This document shows positions 60,801-64,000 of a stretch of 64,000 nucleotides of DNA, one piece after another. The first letter of the stretch is position 1. The number at the start of each line of letters is the position of its first letter. The DNA is from Eledone cirrhosa. Taxonomy: Eukaryota. The position numbers and the translations under genes are program-made. The DNA is taken from assembly GCA_964016885.1 (NCBI GenBank), contig OZ024754.1:19840001-19904000 (forward strand), written 5' to 3'. Below the pieces are notes generated by a model. It worked only from the letters and a program-made list of their open reading frames with translations. It did not search any database and was not told where the DNA came from.

Positions 60801-62100
60801 CTGTGGCTAAAATGACTCTTCCATGATATAGTTACTTTAGTTTCAACACAATCTCAGATCAAGTCACTTACCATACATGTACAACTGTGGCTACAATTAC
60901 TCTTCCATGATATAGTTACTTTAGTTTCAACACAATCTCAGATGAAGTCACTTACCATACATGTACAACTGTGGCTAAAATGACTCTTCCATGATATAGT
61001 TACTTTAGTTTGAACACAGTCTTAGAGCAAGTCACTTGCCAAACATGTACAACTGTGGCTAAAATGACTCTTCCATGATATAGTTACTTTAGTCTCAACA
61101 CATTCACAGATCAAGTCACTTGCCAGACATGTACAACTGTGGCTAAAATGACTATCCATGATATAGTTACCTTAGTTTCAACACAGTCACAGATCATGAC
61201 ACTTACCAGACATGTAAAACTGTAGCTATCATGACTCTTCCATGATATAGTTACTTTAGTTTCAACACAGTCTCAGATCAAGTCACTTGCCAGACATGTA
61301 CAACTGTAGCTATCATGACTCTTCCATGATATAGTTACTTTAGTTTCAACACAGTCTCAGATCAAGTCACTTGCCAGACATGTACAACTGTGGCTAAAAT
61401 GACTCTTCCATGATATAGTTACTTTAGTTTCAACACAATCTCAGATCAAGTCACTTACCATACATGTACAACTGTGGCTAGAATGAATCTTCCATGATAT
61501 AGTTACTTTAGTTTCAACACAATCTCAGATCAAGTCACTTGCCAGACATGTACAACTGTGGCTAAAATGACTCTTCCATGATATAGTTACTTTAGTTTCA
61601 ACACAATCTCAGATCAAGTCACTTACCATACATGTACAACTGTGGCTAAAATGACTCTTCCATGATATAGTTACTTTAGTTTCAACACAATCTCAGATGA
61701 AGTCACTTACCATACATGTACAAATGTGGCTAGAATGACTCTTCCATGATATAGTTACTTTAGTTTCAACACAATCTCAGATCAAGTCACTTGCCAGACA
61801 TGTACAACTGTGGCTAAAATGACTCTTCCATGATATAGTTACTTTAGTTTCAACACAATCTCAGATCAAGTCACTTATCATACATGTACAACTGTGGCTA
61901 AAATGACTCTTCCATGATATAGTTACTTTAGTTTCAACACAATCTTAGATCAAGTCACTTGCCAGACATGTACAACTGTGGCTAAAATGACTCTTCCATG
62001 ATATAGTTACTTTAGTTTGAACACAGTCTTAGATCAAGTCACTTATCAGACATGTACAGGTGTGGCTAAAATGACTCTTCCATGATATAGTTACTTTAGT
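57830..62100. repeat. 25/26-monomer tandem duplication (2097/2181 bp)
   Basis: CAATTCACTTGCCAGACATATAC at 58511 and 60608 (25x84-3). ATGTACAGGTG at 59871 and 62052 (26x84-3, extra monomer near 61680). Shared CTACAATTAC, GCCAAAC, AGTCTCAAC and GCTATCATG variants. Confidence 0.9.
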
Positions 62101-64000
62101 TTGAACACAGTCTTAGAGCAAGTCACTTGCCAGACATGTACAACTGTGGCTAAAATGACTCTTCCATGATATAGTTACTTTAGTTCCAACACATTCACAG
62201 ATCAAGTCACTTGCCAGACATGTACAACTATGGCTAAAATGACTATCCATGATATAGTTACCTTAGTTTCAACACAGTCACAGATCATGACACTTACCAG
62301 ACATGTAAAACTGTAGCTAACATGACTCTTCCATGATATAGTTACTTTAGTTTCAACACAGTCTCAGATCAAGTCACTTACCAGACATGTACAACTGTTG
62401 CTAAAATGACTCTTCCATGATATAGTTACTTTAGTTTCAACACAGTCTCAGATCAAATCACTTACCAGACATGTACAACTGTTGCTAAAATGACTCTTCC
62501 ATGATATAGTTACTTTAGTTTCAACACAGTCTCAGACAAGTCACTTACCAGACATGTACTACTGTGGCTAAAATGACTCTTCCATGATATAGTTACTTTA
62601 GTTTCAACACAGTCTCAGATCAAGTCACTTGCCAGACATGTACAACTGTGGCTAAATTGACTCTTCCATGATATAGTTACTTTAGTTTCAACACATTCAC
62701 AGATCAAGTCACTTGCCAGACATGTACAACTGTGGCTAAAATGACTATCCATGATATAGTTACTTTAGTTTCAACACAGACACAGATCAAGTCACTTGCC
62801 AGACATGTACAAGTGTAGCAAAAATGACTCTTCAATGATATAGTTACTTTAGTTTCAACACAATCTCAGATCAAGTCACTTGCCAGGGATGTACAACTGT
62901 AACTAAAATGATTCTTCCATGATATAGTTACTTTAGTTTGAACACAGTCTTAGATCAAGTCACTGACCAGACATGTACAACTGTGGCTAAAATGACTCTT
63001 CCATGATATAGTTACTTTAGTTTCAACACATTCACAGATCAAGTCACTTGCCAGACATGTACAACTGTGGCTAAAATGACTATCCATGATATAGTTACCT
63101 CAGTTTCAACACAATCTCAGATGAAGTCACTTACCATACATGTACAACTGTGGCTAGAATGACTCTTCCATGATATAGTTACTTTAGTTTTAACACAATC
63201 TCAGATCAAGTCACTTGCCAGACATGTACAACTGTAGCTAAAATGACTCTTCCATGATATAGTTACTTTAGTTTGAACACAGTCTTAGATCAAGTCACTT
63301 GCCAGACATGTACAACTGTGGCTAAAATAACTCTTCCATGATATAGTTACTTTAGTTTCAACACAGTCTCAGATAAAGTCACTTGCCAGACATCTACAAC
63401 TGTGGCTAAAATGACTCTTCCATGATATAGTTACTTTAGTTTCAACACAATCTCAGATCAAGTCACTTACCATACATGTACAACTGTGGCTAGAATGACT
63501 CTTCCATGATATAGTTACTTTAGTTTCAACACAATCTCAGATCAAGTCACTTGCCAGACATGTACAACTGTGGCTAAAATGACTCTTCCATGATATAGTT
63601 ACTTTAGTTTCAACACAATCTCAGATCAAATCACTTACCATACATGTACAACTGTGGCTAAAATGACTCTTCCATGATATAGTTACTTTAGTTTGAACAC
63701 AGTCTTAGAGCAAGTCACTTGCCAAACATGTACAACTGTGGCTAAAATGACTCTTCCATGATATAGTTACTTTAGTTTCAACACATTCACAGATCAAGTC
63801 ACTTGCCAGACATGTACAACTGTGGCTAAAATGACTATCCATGATATAGTTACCTTAGTTTCAACACAGTCACAGATCATGACACTTAGCAGACATGTAA
63901 AACTGTAGCTATCATGACTCTTCCATGATATAGTTACTTTAGTTTCAACACAGTCTCAGATCAAGTCACTTGCCAGACATGTACAACTGTAGCTATCATG

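Larger units (their letters stand above)
1..64000. repeat. 84-bp tandem satellite array, ~762 monomers, single orientation, extends beyond both window edges
   Basis: CTTTAGTTTCAACACA recurs at 1, 85, 169 and onward with period 84 to the end of the window. Monomers differ by a few substitutions and occasional 1-bp indels (83- and 85-bp units). The consensus is 32/84 G+C. No non-repeat sequence seen. Confidence 0.99.

Noticed and set aside
1-64000. CRISPR array: the GTTTCAAC / GTTGAAAC motif resembles the end of many CRISPR repeats, and a well-conserved ~39-bp segment alternates with a more variable one
   Set aside because: The would-be spacers are near-identical homologues of each other, not unique sequences. 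No leader or cas genes are present, and the variation follows tandem-duplication patterns.
1-64000. C2H2 zinc-finger array such as PRDM9 or KRAB-ZNF (84 bp = 28 aa; CQTC in frame +2, SLARH in frame +3)
   Set aside because: The CxxC and LARH motifs overlap in different frames. There is no HxxxH pair or TGEKPY linker in any frame, and all six frames contain stops.
1-64000. Giant repetitive protein ORF on either strand, including under the ciliate TAA/TAG=Gln code
   Set aside because: Stops occur in essentially every monomer under the standard code. Under alternative codes the frequent 83-bp monomers shift into closed frames, and substitutions show no synonymous bias.
1-64000. Tandem tRNA, 5S rRNA or snRNA gene cluster (unit is close to tRNA size)
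   Set aside because: No cloverleaf, no convincing A/B boxes (no GTTCGA-type T-loop), no poly-T terminator and no recognisable RNA family sequence.
1-64000. Sequencing concatemer or rolling-circle artefact of a single 84-mer
   Set aside because: Variants are linked, reproducible and ordered in HORs and regional domains, which random read error would not produce. Copy numbers of individual HORs still need read validation.
1-64000. Telomeric repeat or CENP-B box
   Set aside because: No TTAGGG-type G-rich units (TTTAGTTT is only superficially similar). The CENP-B box core needs two CpGs, which the consensus lacks.

Overview
The whole 64-kb window is one uninterrupted head-to-tail tandem array of an 84-bp, ~38% GC monomer (about 762 copies, all in the same orientation). 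Consensus: CTTTAGTTTCAACACA(G/A)TCTCAGATCAAGTCACTT(G/A)CCA(G/T)ACATGTACAACTGTGGCTA(A/G)AATGACTCTTCCATGATATAGTTA. I found no unique sequence, gene, RNA gene, transposon insertion, inversion or true CRISPR array, and the consensus has a stop codon in all six frames under the standard code. It looks like eukaryotic satellite DNA (inference); I do not recognise the family or organism. The information lies in the order of monomer variants: a 168-bp dimer alternation, a recurring cassette of divergent monomers, higher-order repeats (HORs) of 4 to 66 monomers that are partly nested, and a homogeneous central block (~28-57 kb) whose two flanks share variants it lacks, which suggests layered expansion. 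All offsets were counted by hand from diagnostic variants, and domain boundaries are approximate. I cannot support a new gene-encoded system here.
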